This document shows, one piece after another, positions 28,692 to 41,718 of a stretch of 64,000 bases of DNA. The translations under genes were made by a program, and so were the position numbers. Under the pieces are notes generated by a model that had not been told where the DNA came from, searched no databases, and was given only the letters and a program-made list of their open reading frames with translations. Positions within the stretch are counted from its first letter, which is position 1, and each line of letters begins with the position of its first letter. The stretch is from an uncultured bacterium. GTDB taxonomy: Bacteria; Krumholzibacteriota; Krumholzibacteriia; Krumholzibacteriales; Krumholzibacteriaceae. The stretch is taken from the NCBI GenBank assembly GCA_963786935.1, contig CAWBAN010000001.1, forward strand, positions 1,088,001-1,152,000, in the 5' to 3' direction.

Positions 28692-29450
28692 TTATTGCTG
28701 CGACGTCCGCCGGGCTCCGCCTTTGCCGGCGGCGATCCGCTTCGGGCGCGGGTGCCGGCGGCGGTCCAGATGCTCGGATTTCTCGACATCGAGCATCTTC
28801 GTGCCGCCGACATAATCCCGGGACGCCGCCCGGGTGATCATCGGCAGCCGCTCCGCGACCTTCTGGATGCGGGAGATCTCCCGCTCGATGCTCTTGAGCT
28901 TCTTGACCGTCCCCGGATCGTGCTTATCCCGCTCCATGAGGAGCAGCTGCGTGTTCCCGAGAATGGCGCACAGCGGATTGTTGATGGCGTGGTTGAGGCC
29001 GATCGCGATCTCGGAGAGCGCGGTGAGCCGCTCCGCTTCGAGAAGCTTGCCCTGGAACCGTTTGACCGAGCGCAGATCGGACAAGACGCACAGGAATCCG
29101 GCCAAAGGGCCCTCCGGACGGCGGAGCGGCGAAACGACGATCTGCACCGGGATCTCGGCGCCGTCCCTCGCCCGGAGCTTCGTGATGAAGCCGTCCGCCG
29201 GCAGCTCGCTGCGCGTGCGGAGGATGTCCGTGATGTAGCGCACGCTCGCGATGCGGATCACGCCGCTGATCCGCTTCCGCATGACCTCGGCGCCCGCATA
29301 GCCCGTCAGCCGTTCGGCGGCGCGGTTGAACATGATGATCCGGAGCCGCATGTCGATCGACACGAGCGCGGCGGGAACGCTGTCGAACACGCCGACGAGG
29401 TATTCGACGCTTTCCTGGCCTCGGAGGTTATGCGCGTATTCGACGCTCAT
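28692..29450 (-). CDS. PAS + HisKA protein lacking the HATPase domain
   Basis: FNRAAERLTGY PAS; GLNHAINNPL H-box; ends without N/G boxes. Confidence 0.8.
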   Translation of the reverse strand: MSVEYAHNLRGQESVEYLVGVFDSVPAALVSIDMRLRIIMFNRAAERLTGYAGAEVMRKRISGVIRIASVRYITDILRTRSELPADGFITKLRARDGAEIPVQIVVSPLRRPEGPLAGFLCVLSDLRSVKRFQGKLLEAERLTALSEIAIGLNHAINNPLCAILGNTQLLLMERDKHDPGTVKKLKSIEREISRIQKVAERLPMITRAASRDYVGGTKMLDVEKSEHLDRRRHPRPKRIAAGKGGARRTSQQ

Positions 29451-29471
29451 GCGATCCGTGTCGCCCCCGCT

Positions 29472-29888
29472 TCACGCGACGACCGGCACCGCGCCGGCAC
29501 GCGCCATATGATCGGCGATCTTGCTGATCAGATCGGCCATCTCGAACGGCTTGTACATGAACTCGTCCGCCTTCGACCACGTCGCGAGAAAATCCTCCCG
29601 CTCGGGGCTGTTCACCTTGCGCGCGGTGAGCACGAGAATCGGAAACGGCTCGATCTTCTTGTGATCCATCTCTTCCTTGAGGATCCGGGAGACCTCGTAG
29701 CCGTTCTTGCCCGGAAGCATGATGTCGAGGAGCATGAGGTCGTAGCGGTTCTTGCGCGCCATCCGGAGCGCGTTGAGGCCGTCATACGCCGCCTCGACCA
29801 CGTAGCCTTTCACCTCGAGACAGTACTTGACGGTCTCGACGATGTCCTCGTCGTCCTCGACGATCAGAATCTTGTACGACTTCATCAA
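29472..29888 (-). CDS. Single-domain response regulator
   Basis: ILIVEDD, LLDIMLPGKNG, LTAR, KPF. Confidence 0.92.
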   Translation of the reverse strand: MMKSYKILIVEDDEDIVETVKYCLEVKGYVVEAAYDGLNALRMARKNRYDLMLLDIMLPGKNGYEVSRILKEEMDHKKIEPFPILVLTARKVNSPEREDFLATWSKADEFMYKPFEMADLISKIADHMARAGAVPVVA

Positions 29889-31858
29889 GCGGCTCCTTTC
29901 AAACTACGGGCCGTCGGCCCGTCCTGCATTCGCTCAAACGCGGCGGAGACGAGATCGCGAAGATCGGCGCCCTCTCTCGGGCTGACGCCCCAACCGGTCC
30001 GCGGCTCCCCATCGAGAAACCCCGCCGGATCCTCCACGCGATCCGCGCGCGCGACGAGCGCCAAGCCGATCCGCCCCGAGAGGGACCAGAGAAACGCGTC
30101 GTGATCCTTCAGCTCCCCCGCCTCGGGATTGATCACGGGTACGGGGCGGCATCGCTCGGCAACTTCGTCCCACGGCATCTCCTCCTCTTTCGAAACAACG
30201 TACACGGCCGACGGAAAGCCCCTGGCGATCAACTCGTCGACCTTCGTCTGCATGAGCCGGTAGCGCTTCACGATTCGCGCGGTGTTCTGATCGACGGGGA
30301 GGTACAGGTGCACCGTGCTCCCCCGCTCGACGCGCTCGTCGACGACGAGCGTGCCCCCCTGCATCCGAACGAGACGCTTCGCGATGACGAGGCCGAGCCC
30401 GCGCGACGCCCTGACGGGGCGCTCGCCCGTTTCGGCCAGATTGCTGCTCTCGGCGATCTCCCGCGGTATGCCGCTCCCCGAATCGCGGACGGCGAGATCG
30501 GCGAAGGCGATCGACGGGAGCCGCTCAGCAAGCCCCGCGGGCAGAATCCTCGCGGGGCAGCCGCCGACCGGCCGCATCGAAATCGAGATGCTCCCGCCGG
30601 CGGGGACATGCTTCATGCTGTTCGCGAGCAGGTTGTGGATGACCTGCTCGATCCGGTCGCGGTCGAACATGATCGTCCGGCACGCGCCGTCGACGTCGAT
30701 GGTGAAATCGATGCCCCGCTTTTCCAGCGGGTGCACGAACAGCATCGTGATCTCTTCGAGGAAATCTCTCGTATCGTTCGATTCGATCCTGAACGGCCGC
30801 TCGTCGAGGCGCGCGGACGACGCGTCGACGAGCCCGTCGACGAGCCTTCCGAGCCGGTCGACGGTGCGAATGGCGTTCGTCAGGAAATTCGGTCCGGTCC
30901 GGCGGCCGCCCGCATCCGGGTCTCCCGCCTCTCCCGCTCCCTGCACGATCGAGAGCGACGCCTTGAGCGCCGCGAGCGGCGTGCGGAGCTCGTGGGCGAC
31001 GATCGCGACGTCCTCCTCGCGCGCCTCCGCCTGCTCCCGCTGCGACGTGGTCTCCCTGAGGAGCGCGAGCGATCCGATCCCGGGCGAGATCGCGTCGAGG
31101 AGCACCCACGACACGTTGAGATATCGCTCGGGCACGCACGAGCCTTCGAGCTCCCGCTCGACGATGGAGCTCTGGAGAATATTGAATTCCTCCCAGATGC
31201 CGTGGAGATTGAAGCACGAGTCCCGCGCGATATCCTGAACGCTCCCGCGGAAATCCTCGGCCATGCTCATCAGTTCCCTGAAAATCCTGTTTGCGCAGAC
31301 GAGCCTCCCGTCCGGCGCGACGAGGGCCGCTCCCGAGGGAAGCGCGTCGAGGAGCCGCTCGAGCATCTCCTGCTCGCCGCCGATCTGGAAAACGAGCGGC
31401 GTCCGCTCGTCTTGCTCGTCGGCGAGGCCGTGGAAGAGCGCGATGTCCCTCCGCGCGAACGCTTCCTTCCTGACGCTGCCGAGGAAGAGCACGCCCGCCA
31501 CCCGCGGGCCGTGCGTCACCGGAACGAGGAAATAGCTCTCGATTCTGGATCCTCCCTGCCGGTCCGCTCCCATGATCCCGTTTCTCCGAAAGAAGAGCTT
31601 CTCGATCGCCGCCGGCTGCGAATGGGCCCGTCCGTGGGCGAACATGCGGTAGGTGTTCTTGAGCTTCTCCCTGATCTCGGGAACGTGCTGCGTGAGATCG
31701 CGCGACTCCGCCATGATGTAGAGGAGCTCGGTCTCGCGCGCCGTGATGAAGGCGCAGAGCTCCGCTCCGGCGCGTTCCATCAGGCCGGAAAGAACGGCCG
31801 GCATGAGGGGGTCGTTCCCCATCGCCTCGAGAATCCGTCTCTTGAGTGATTCGTCCAT
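29885..31858 (-). CDS. GAF/PAS sensor histidine kinase
   Basis: AHELRTPL, NLLANSMKH, DSGSGI, GLGLVIAK; extra C-terminal domain. Confidence 0.87.
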   Translation of the reverse strand: MDESLKRRILEAMGNDPLMPAVLSGLMERAGAELCAFITARETELLYIMAESRDLTQHVPEIREKLKNTYRMFAHGRAHSQPAAIEKLFFRRNGIMGADRQGGSRIESYFLVPVTHGPRVAGVLFLGSVRKEAFARRDIALFHGLADEQDERTPLVFQIGGEQEMLERLLDALPSGAALVAPDGRLVCANRIFRELMSMAEDFRGSVQDIARDSCFNLHGIWEEFNILQSSIVERELEGSCVPERYLNVSWVLLDAISPGIGSLALLRETTSQREQAEAREEDVAIVAHELRTPLAALKASLSIVQGAGEAGDPDAGGRRTGPNFLTNAIRTVDRLGRLVDGLVDASSARLDERPFRIESNDTRDFLEEITMLFVHPLEKRGIDFTIDVDGACRTIMFDRDRIEQVIHNLLANSMKHVPAGGSISISMRPVGGCPARILPAGLAERLPSIAFADLAVRDSGSGIPREIAESSNLAETGERPVRASRGLGLVIAKRLVRMQGGTLVVDERVERGSTVHLYLPVDQNTARIVKRYRLMQTKVDELIARGFPSAVYVVSKEEEMPWDEVAERCRPVPVINPEAGELKDHDAFLWSLSGRIGLALVARADRVEDPAGFLDGEPRTGWGVSPREGADLRDLVSAAFERMQDGPTARSLKGAA

Positions 31859-32113
31859 GCGCTTGTCGCAGCGCAATTTACATGCCATGGAGGGGGGACG
31901 CCCCCCCCCTCCTCACCCCGTGTCATGCGGTCCCGCTGCATGATATTATCTTATTTAATTTCAAGCGGATGCGACCATGCGCCGGTAAGGGCGGATCGAG
32001 GGGGAGCAGGCAAAATGCAGGAGCGCCCTCCCGCCGGCGGGGGGATGTCTGGCAAGAAAATTTCCAGTGCGGAAAAGACCTTCGCGCCTCGCGTTCGGAG
32101 CGGGGAAGCCCCC

Positions 32114-33088
32114 CTACGAAGCGTAGCCGTCGGGATGAGCCTTCTTCCACGCGTAGGCGTCCCGCAGGATCGTCTCGATCCCGGGATGGAATCTCTTCCA
32201 TCCGAGATCCATCTCGGCCCTGTCGGATGACGCGACGAGAACCGCGGGATCTCCGGGACGGCGCTCGCCGAAGCGGTACGGGATCCTCAGTCCGGTCACC
32301 CGCTCCGCGGCATGAATGACCTCGAGAACGGTGAATCCGAGGCCGTTGCCGAGGTTCAGGACGCCGCTGTAGCCGTCGATGAGCTTCTCGAGGCCGAGGA
32401 GGTGCGCCGAGGCGAGGTCCTTGACGTGGATGTAGTCGCGCACGCACGTGCCGTCGCGCGTCGGATAGTCCTTCCCGTAGACGACGAGCTCGTCCCGGCG
32501 GCCGAGCGCGACGTCGAGAACGAGGGGGATGAGATGCGTTTCGGGCCGGTGATCCTCGCCGTGGCTTTCCCCCGCCCCCGCGGCGTTGAAGTAGCGGAGC
32601 GAAAGCGCCTTGAGCCCCCACGCGGCGGAACAGTCGGCGAGAATCCGCTCGATGGCGAGCTTCGTGTTGCCGTACGCGTTGAGCGGACGGAGCGGCGCGT
32701 CCTCCCCGATGGGAGTCTCGTCGGGCTCGCCGTAGACCGCGGCGGACGAGGAAAAAAGGAAATACTTCACGCCGTTTCTCCTCATGGCGTCGAGGAGCGA
32801 AACAGCGCCGCCGATGTTGTTCCGGTAGTACTTGAGCGGATCGGCGACCGACTCGGCCACCTGCGAGAACGCCGCGAAATGGCAGACGGCGTCGATGCCG
32901 TCGAGCGCCGGAACGAGGAAACCCTCGTCGAGGAGATTTCCCTCGCGGAAGGACGCGCGCCGGGCGACCGCGGTCCGGTGACCCGTGGACAGATCGTCGA
33001 CGATGACGACGTCATGAGCGCCCGCGAGCAGATGCTCCGTGACGACACTGCCGATGTAGCCGGCGCCGCCCGTGACCAGAATTCTCAT
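32114..33088 (-). CDS. galE: UDP-glucose 4-epimerase
   Basis: [47 protein letters not shown]. Confidence 0.96.
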   Translation of the reverse strand: MRILVTGGAGYIGSVVTEHLLAGAHDVVIVDDLSTGHRTAVARRASFREGNLLDEGFLVPALDGIDAVCHFAAFSQVAESVADPLKYYRNNIGGAVSLLDAMRRNGVKYFLFSSSAAVYGEPDETPIGEDAPLRPLNAYGNTKLAIERILADCSAAWGLKALSLRYFNAAGAGESHGEDHRPETHLIPLVLDVALGRRDELVVYGKDYPTRDGTCVRDYIHVKDLASAHLLGLEKLIDGYSGVLNLGNGLGFTVLEVIHAAERVTGLRIPYRFGERRPGDPAVLVASSDRAEMDLGWKRFHPGIETILRDAYAWKKAHPDGYAS

Positions 33089-35855
33089 TTCGTCCGACCT
33101 CCATACCTGGCGAGATAAGCGCCGAGATACTTCCCCGTGAGGGACGCGCGCGATTGTACGATGCTCTCGGGAGGGCCGCAAGCGATAACCGAGCCTCCCT
33201 CCTCCCCGCCGCCCGGCCCGAGATCGATCACGTGATCGGCCCAGGCGATGACCTCCATGTTGTGCTCGATGACGACGACCGTGTGCCCGGCCGCCACGAG
33301 CTCGTCGAACACGCCGAGGAGCCGGTCGACGTCGCTCATGTGAAGCCCGGTCGTCGGCTCGTCGAGGATGTAGAGGTTGCGCTGCCCCGCCGACTCGGCG
33401 AGCTCGCGCGCGATCTTGATGCGCTGCGCCTCCCCCCCGAAAGCGTGTTCGACGGCTGACCGAGGGTGAGGTAGCCGAGACCGACCTTCGAGAGAATCCA
33501 GAGCTTCTCCCCGAGCTGCGGCGCCGCGTCGAAGAAGAGGATCGCGTCGTCGACCGTCAAGGCGAGGACCTCGCTGATGTCCTTCCCGCGGTATCGAACC
33601 TCGAGCGTCTCGGCGTTGTAGCGCCTTCCCTCGCATTCCTCGCAGGGAACGAAGACGTCGGCCATGAAATGCATCTCGACGCGCCGGAATCCCATGCCCT
33701 GGCAGCGCGGACAGCGCCCCCCGGATTTATTGAAGCTGAACCGGCCCGCGTCGAACCCGCGCGCGCGGGCGGCCTGCTGGGACGCGAATATGTCGCGGAT
33801 GAACGAGAACCCCTTGATATACGTGATCGGATTCGACCGGGGGGACGAGCCGATCGCGCTCTGGTCGACGAGCAGCACGCGGTCGAGCGCGCCCCGGACG
33901 TCGCACTTCCCGATCCCGAGACGCCCCGGCGGAATCCGGTCCCGCGCCGCCGACGGGTAAAGCACGTCGACGACGAGGCTGCTCTTGCCCGAGCCGGAGA
34001 CTCCCGTCACGCAGGTCACGAGGCCGAGCGGGATGCTCACGTCGATACCCTTGAGGTTGTGCTCCACGACCCCCGAGAGCTCGATCGTGCCGTACTGGCG
34101 CCGCCGACGCTTGGGCACCGCCGACCCGGGCCGCTCGTGAAAGAGCCAGTCGATCGTCTTCGACTCCGCGACGCGCGCCGTGCGGGCGCGCTCCACGGTG
34201 CCGCTGAAAAGCACCGCTCCCCCCCGGCTCCCCGGGCCCGGCCCGAGATCCACGAGGTAATCGCACGAGCCGATGATGTCGGGATCGTGCTCGACGACGA
34301 GGACGGTGTTGCCGAGGTCCCGGAGCCGGCGGAGCACCGAGACGAGCCGCTCGTTATCGGCGGCGTGGAGCCCGATCGACGGCTCGTCGAGGATGTAGAG
34401 GGCGTCGACGAGATTGGCGCCGAGGGAGTTCGCGAGATTGATGCGCTGCGCCTCCCCTCCCGAGAGGGTGCGGGTCAACCGGTCGAGCGTGAGGTACCCG
34501 AGCCCCACGTCGATCATGAACCGCAGGCGGGCCGCGACCTCCGACAGGATGTCCCGCGCGATGCGCCGTTCCTGCTCGGTGTACGGGGCCTCTTCGATCG
34601 CCTCGAGCGCGCGCGCCGGAATCATCCGGACAATGTCGCGTACCGTGAATTCCCCGATCTTCACGTTGTACGCGTCGCGCGTGAGCCGCCCCCCCTCGCA
34701 CGTGCGGCACGTCGTGAACGCCATGTACTTGCGCGTGAAGAAGCGGTGCCCCTTCTTGTAGCTCTTCTCCCGGAGCTTCTCGAGGAACGGGATCACCCCG
34801 AGATATTTGCCCTCCCCCTCGAGGACGAGCTTCCTCGCGTCGGCGCTCAGGTTCATCCATGGAACGGCGGTCGGAACGCGTTTCGCGCGGCAGAACTCGA
34901 GGAGCCGGTGCTGGAAATAGGCGAAGCGCTCGCGCGACCACGGATCGATCGCCCGCTTCTCGATCGACAGCCGCCGGTCCGGAACGATGAGGCCTTCCGA
35001 AAATTCCATCCGGTCGCCGAATCCGTGGCAGTCGGGACACGCGCCGTACGGGCTGTTGAACGAGAAGAGGAGCGGGCTCGGCGCCTGAAAGGACGCGCCG
35101 CACGAGGAGCAGAGCGGCGCCTGGGTGAAGCGGCGCGTTGCGCCCGCTTCGTCGACGATCTCGATGCTCCCCGCGGACTCCCGGTACGCGAGCTCGACGA
35201 CCTCCGCGATGCGGGTCCTGTTCGCCTCGACCGCATCGAGACGGTCGAGGAGCACCGCAATCTCGGCGCTCCCGCCCTTCCCGACCGCGAAATCCTCGAT
35301 GCGGACGGCTTCTCCCCCGACGAAGAGCCTCGAATACCCCCTCGAGAGCAGGTAGCCGCGCCTCGTCTTCCAGGCGGCCGCGTCGACGGATCCGATCGGC
35401 ATCACGAGATTGATCCGCTTCCCCCCACAGGCGCCGATGATCTCCTGCGCCGCGTCGCTCGGCGTGTGCGCGCGCACCTCGATGCGGCAGCGGGGGCAGA
35501 CGGTTCTGCCGACGCGGGCGAACAGCAATCGCAGATAGTCGTAGATCTCCGTCGCCGTGCCGACGGTCGAGCGCGCGCTCGTCACCGTGTTCTTCTGCCT
35601 GATCGCGATCGTCGGGCTCAGGCCGGAAATGTCGTCGACGTCGGGGCGCTCGAGCTTCTCGATGAACTGCCGGGCGTACGTCGAGAGCGATTCGATGTAG
35701 CGGCGCTGCCCCTCGGCGAAGATCGTGTCGAAGGCGAGCGACGATTTGCCCGAGCCGGAAACGCCGGTGACGACGATGAGGGCGCGCCTCGGGAGCTCGA
35801 GATCGATGTTCTTGAGATTGTGCTGGCGCGCGCCCCGGATCCGGATCGTGTCCAT
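33085..35855 (-). CDS. uvrA: Excinuclease ABC subunit A (frameshift at G7 run 33432-33438)
   Basis: GARQHNLK, two GVSGSGKSS Walker A motifs, zinc fingers, LSGGEAQR twice (second split by frameshift), DEPTTGLH. Confidence 0.93.
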
Positions 35856-36004
35856 ACCCACCGTCTTTTCGTGCAAAGGGCAATTACCCATTGTATCAGG
35901 ACGAGCGGGGACGCGCAACAGCGCATTTCCCGGCGGGCGCTTGCGTCGGACGGAGATATCGGGTACGATCGCGCCGGCGCACTGAACGGGAAAGCGGGGA
36001 CAGT

Positions 36005-36847
36005 ATGGTGAAATCCGATCGCTCGATCGGCGCGGAGATCGCGGCCCTCAGGAAAACGCTCCGGAGGCTTCGGGCGCCGGGCGGCTGCCCGTGGGACCGC
36101 GAACGGGACATCGGGGACATGATCTCCTATCTCATCGAGGAGTCCTACGAGCTCCTCCAGGCCGGCGCCGGCAAGGACTGGCGCCACGTCGAAGAGGAGC
36201 TCGGCGACGTCTTCTTCATCCTCATCTTCATCCATGAGCTCCTCCTCGAGAAGCGGGATACGCCGCTCGCGGAGATCGTGTCGCGCGTCCACGCGAAGAT
36301 CGTCGGGCGTCACCCGCACGTCTTCGGCGGCACGCGTGCGTCGAACAGCGCGGAGAGCCTCGCCGAGTGGGAGCGGATGAAGCGGGCCGAGAAGCGCAAG
36401 AGGCCGGCCCGGGGCCTCCTCTCCGAGGTTCCCGCGAAGCTCCCGCCGCTGCGCCGGGCCGCCGCCGTCCAGCGAAAAGCGGCCGGCGTCGGATTCGACT
36501 GGCCCGACTGCGAAGGTATTCTCGAAAAGCTGCGCGAGGAGTCCGGAGAGCTCGCCGCGGAGCTCGCCGACGGCTCCCGGGCGCGGATCAAGGACGAGGT
36601 CGGCGACATCCTCTTCACGGCCGTGAACCTCGCCCGGTTCCTCGATGTCGATCCGGAGAGCGTCCTCGAGGGAACGACGCGGAAGTTCGTCCGGCGTTTC
36701 GGCGAGATCGAGCGCCGGGCGGCCCGGCGCGGGAAGAGACTCGACCGGATGAGCCTCGACGAGATGGAGCGCCTCTGGCAGGCGAGCAAGAAACGAAAGC
36801 CGAGGCGCGCCGCGCGCGCGCGTTCCGAGGGGTCGAACGCGCGGTAG
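36005..36847 (+). CDS. mazG: Nucleoside triphosphate pyrophosphohydrolase MazG
   Basis: LRAPGGCPWDRE, EESYE, EELGD, RHPHVF, GFDW, DEVGD. Confidence 0.94.
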   Translation: MVKSDRSIGAEIAALRKTLRRLRAPGGCPWDRERDIGDMISYLIEESYELLQAGAGKDWRHVEEELGDVFFILIFIHELLLEKRDTPLAEIVSRVHAKIVGRHPHVFGGTRASNSAESLAEWERMKRAEKRKRPARGLLSEVPAKLPPLRRAAAVQRKAAGVGFDWPDCEGILEKLREESGELAAELADGSRARIKDEVGDILFTAVNLARFLDVDPESVLEGTTRKFVRRFGEIERRAARRGKRLDRMSLDEMERLWQASKKRKPRRAARARSEGSNAR

Positions 36848-36876
36848 ATCCCGGGCCGGGGAGATGCACCGACATG

Positions 36877-36904
36877 AAAAAAGGGGGCGACGAATCGCCC
36901 CCTT
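36877..36904 (-). terminator. Intrinsic terminator after the OmpA-family gene
   Basis: AAGGGGGCGA-cgaa-TCGCCCCCTT with T-tract on the minus strand. Confidence 0.8.
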
Positions 36905-36933
36905 CGCGTTTCATGCGCTCGGCTCGAGCGGCT

Positions 36934-38829
<1,896 letters not shown>

Positions 38830-38862
38830 GACCTGCCCTCCCGGGTGAGATGAATGATCGAA

Positions 38863-39174
38863 TCAATCTTCGGTGCCGTGTTCCGTCTCTTCCGTGCCCG
38901 CCCGTTTCGATTCGTCGAGATAGTTCATCTGGAGCTCCGTGACCACCGCGTTGATGATCCGCTGCTCGGCCGGCTCCAAGTTTCCGGCCGTTTTCTCCCG
39001 AATCATGACGAGCATGTCGATCGTAATGCGTGCCTGACGCAAATCCCGTTCCACTTTTCCGGTGATGGGGCTGACTAGTTTGCCGAGCTGCTGCAGCGCG
39101 AGTGTTTCGAACATCGCGACGAGGTGCGTGAAAAGAAAGGCGTTCCGGTCTCCGTCCTCGGAGTATTGTGCCAT
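38863..39174 (-). CDS. DUF1844-like protein
   Basis: ALQQLGKLVSPITGK..ARITIDML..EKTAGNL..ELQMNY. Confidence 0.8.
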   Translation of the reverse strand: MAQYSEDGDRNAFLFTHLVAMFETLALQQLGKLVSPITGKVERDLRQARITIDMLVMIREKTAGNLEPAEQRIINAVVTELQMNYLDESKRAGTEETEHGTED

Positions 39175-39243
39175 CGCCCGTCCCTCCCGTGTAATTACGC
39201 CCGACTATACGGAGGACGGATCGATGCCGTCAACGAAAAACCG

Positions 39244-39807
39244 TCAGTCCACCTTCCGCTCCGATGCGAACCAGATCATCTTCGCCGGCTCGCCGGGCGA
39301 CCCGTTCGCGTACCCGTGGTTCTGATTGGCGATGAAGTAGATGCTGTCCCCTTCTCCGAGATCGTGCGACTCGTCGGCGATCCTGAACCGCACCGTGCCC
39401 TGGAGCACGAGCGCCGCTTCGTCCCCCTCGTGCGCATGGAGCGAAATCTCGCGCGATCCGGCCGGCGGCATCGTGATGAGCTGCGCGTTGATCTTGCCGC
39501 TCGGGATCGATTTCGTGAGCAGCTCCGCCGTTCCCGGGCAGCGCCCGAGCGCGCATTGCTTGCGATCCTCGAACGCGACGAAGGACACGTCGTCGAGCTC
39601 TTCGTTCTCGATGAAATACGCCGGATCCCGCTCGAGCGCTTCCGCGATCCTGATGAGCGCTCCGATCGTCGGCGAGGTTTTGCCCCGTTCGATCTCCGAG
39701 ATATGCGTCGCGGAAATGCCGGCCTTCGCCTCGACGTTCTTGAGGGTGAGATGCTGCTCTTCCCGAATCTTCTTGATCCGCTTCCCGATTTCGTCCTTCG
39801 ATATCAT
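39244..39807 (-). CDS. XRE-HTH/cupin transcriptional regulator (paralog 2)
   Basis: SATHISEIERGKTSPT HTH; HAHEGDE..GDSIYF..H cupin. Confidence 0.9.
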   Translation of the reverse strand: MISKDEIGKRIKKIREEQHLTLKNVEAKAGISATHISEIERGKTSPTIGALIRIAEALERDPAYFIENEELDDVSFVAFEDRKQCALGRCPGTAELLTKSIPSGKINAQLITMPPAGSREISLHAHEGDEAALVLQGTVRFRIADESHDLGEGDSIYFIANQNHGYANGSPGEPAKMIWFASERKVD

Positions 39808-39842
39808 TGCTCCACGATCCTCCTCGCCGGTCTCCGCGGCTG

Positions 39843-40403
39843 TCACAGGCTGTACGGCGGCAGCGTCACCCAGATCGCGCGGCACTTCGCGTCCCCGATG
39901 TTCCGCATCGCGTGGGGCTTCGACGCCTTGTAATGGATGCTGTCGCCCTCCTTGAGGATGTATTTCTGCTCGCCGATGATGATCTCCATGACTCCCTTCG
40001 TGACCATCGCGAACTCCTCGCCGCCGTGCGTGCTCGTCTCCTCGGGACGCTTGATTCCCGGCTCGAGCTCGACCTCGAGGAAGGATATTTTCGGAGTCTG
40101 CACGTCCTTGGCCAGGGAGTAATAGGTGGCGCCCCAATCCTTGAACTGCATCTTCTTGCGCCTCGACTTGTTGATGACGGAGACCTTCGAGACGTTCTGC
40201 TTCTCCACGAAATACGCGACGTCAGTGCCCATCGCCTCGGCGATCTTCGCGAGGGCTCCCACGGTGGGAGAGGTCATCCCGCGCTCGATCTCGGAGACGT
40301 GCGTCGCCGAAACCTTCGCCTTGACCTCGATGTCCTTGAGCGTAAGTCCCTTGGAGAGGCGGAATTGCTTGATCCGCGCGCCTATTTCGTCTTTCCCGTT
40401 CAT
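39843..40403 (-). CDS. XRE-HTH/cupin transcriptional regulator (paralog 1)
   Basis: SATHVSEIERGMTSPT HTH; HGGEE..GDSIHY..PH cupin. Confidence 0.9.
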   Translation of the reverse strand: MNGKDEIGARIKQFRLSKGLTLKDIEVKAKVSATHVSEIERGMTSPTVGALAKIAEAMGTDVAYFVEKQNVSKVSVINKSRRKKMQFKDWGATYYSLAKDVQTPKISFLEVELEPGIKRPEETSTHGGEEFAMVTKGVMEIIIGEQKYILKEGDSIHYKASKPHAMRNIGDAKCRAIWVTLPPYSL

Positions 40404-40671
40404 TGCCTTCCCCTCCATTGCCCACATAATTGAAAAAAGCAAGAAAACGACGATTAGTCTTTATATTAAGTTAAGAACCACCTATTTTCAACAATTAATT
40501 TTCCCATTCATGATTTATTCCATATTAATGCAATCGACGACAAACAAAGAAATTGAAGGCGAGGCGGGCCGGGATCGCCCCATTGTCCCACCCCCCGATA
40601 TCCCTTTCAAATTTCTAGACTTGATCACCACCTTCCCGTATATTCGACCAGAAAAGATGGAGTATATCGCA

Positions 40672-41718
40672 ATGTCGCAGGCTGCGGGCAAAATTTGTGT
40701 CATCCGCCTGGGCTCTCTGGGGGATCTGATCCTCATGGTTCCGATGCTGAGCGCCCTCCGGTCGAGATTTCCGTCGAAGGAAATACACCTCGTGTGCAAG
40801 GAGAAGTTCGCGGGGCTCTTCGAAGGGGGCGGCCTCGTCGATTCGTTCATCCCCGTGAAACGGGGGAACCTCCTCGAGATGCTCCGGCTCCGCGCCGCGC
40901 TGAACCGCGAGCGCTACGAAGCGATCATCGACGCGCACGGGGTCATCAGAAGCAATCTGCTGTTCCACTCGCTGCGGGCCGGGAAAAAGCTGCAGATCCG
41001 GAAGGACGAGCTCAAGAAAGCGGCGTTGATCGTCGGCAGGCTCAACCGGTACCGGCGCATCGAGTCCCAGGCGGAGCGCTATGCCGAGCTCGCCGCCCGG
41101 CTCGGCGCGCGGACGAACGCGATGCACGAGGGGCTCCCCCTCACTCCGGCCGCCGAGCGGCGCGCGGAGACGCTCCTCGGCGGCGACGGCGCCGGCCGTC
41201 CTTCGAGCCCCCTGATCGCGTTCGCCCCGGGCGCGCGCTGGCCGACGAAACGCTGGCCCGCGGAGCACTTCGCCCGGCTGATCGCGGAAGCGACGGCCCG
41301 GGGATTCCGGTGCCTCCTCATCGGGGGACCCGAGGACCGCGACGCGAACGCCGGCGTGGCGGCCCTCTCCGGGCGCGCCCCCCTCGACCTCACGGGATCT
41401 CTCTCGATCGTGGAATCGGCCGCGGTGCTGAAACGGTGCGCCGCGCTCGTGACGAACGACTCCGCGCCGCTCCACCTCGCCGAGGCGGTCGGCACCCCGG
41501 TCGTCGCCTTCTTCGGCCCGACGGTGCGCGAGTTCGGCTATTATCCGCGGCTCGCGCTCAGCAGGGCGCTCGAGACGGCGCTCGCGTGCCGCCCCTGCTC
41601 GAGAAACGGCAAGCGCTCGTGCCCGTACGGCACCAAGAAATGCCTCACGTCGATCGAGCCGCCGACGGCATTCGAAGCGCTCCTCGGAACGATCGGGGAA
41701 CCGCGGGGACGCTCATGA
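40672..41718 (+). CDS. Glycosyltransferase family 9 (LPS heptosyltransferase-like)
   Basis: IRLGSLGD, APGARWPTKRWP, VTNDSAPLHLA, FFGPT, CRPC. Confidence 0.92.
   Translation: MSQAAGKICVIRLGSLGDLILMVPMLSALRSRFPSKEIHLVCKEKFAGLFEGGGLVDSFIPVKRGNLLEMLRLRAALNRERYEAIIDAHGVIRSNLLFHSLRAGKKLQIRKDELKKAALIVGRLNRYRRIESQAERYAELAARLGARTNAMHEGLPLTPAAERRAETLLGGDGAGRPSSPLIAFAPGARWPTKRWPAEHFARLIAEATARGFRCLLIGGPEDRDANAGVAALSGRAPLDLTGSLSIVESAAVLKRCAALVTNDSAPLHLAEAVGTPVVAFFGPTVREFGYYPRLALSRALETALACRPCSRNGKRSCPYGTKKCLTSIEPPTAFEALLGTIGEPRGRS

Noticed and set aside
31888..31913. G6/C9 tract as a contingency locus
   Set aside because: Probably intergenic and self-complementary; better explained as a simple hairpin
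36005..36847. MazG as an anti-phage defence gene
   Set aside because: Standard two-domain housekeeping MazG with no defence context
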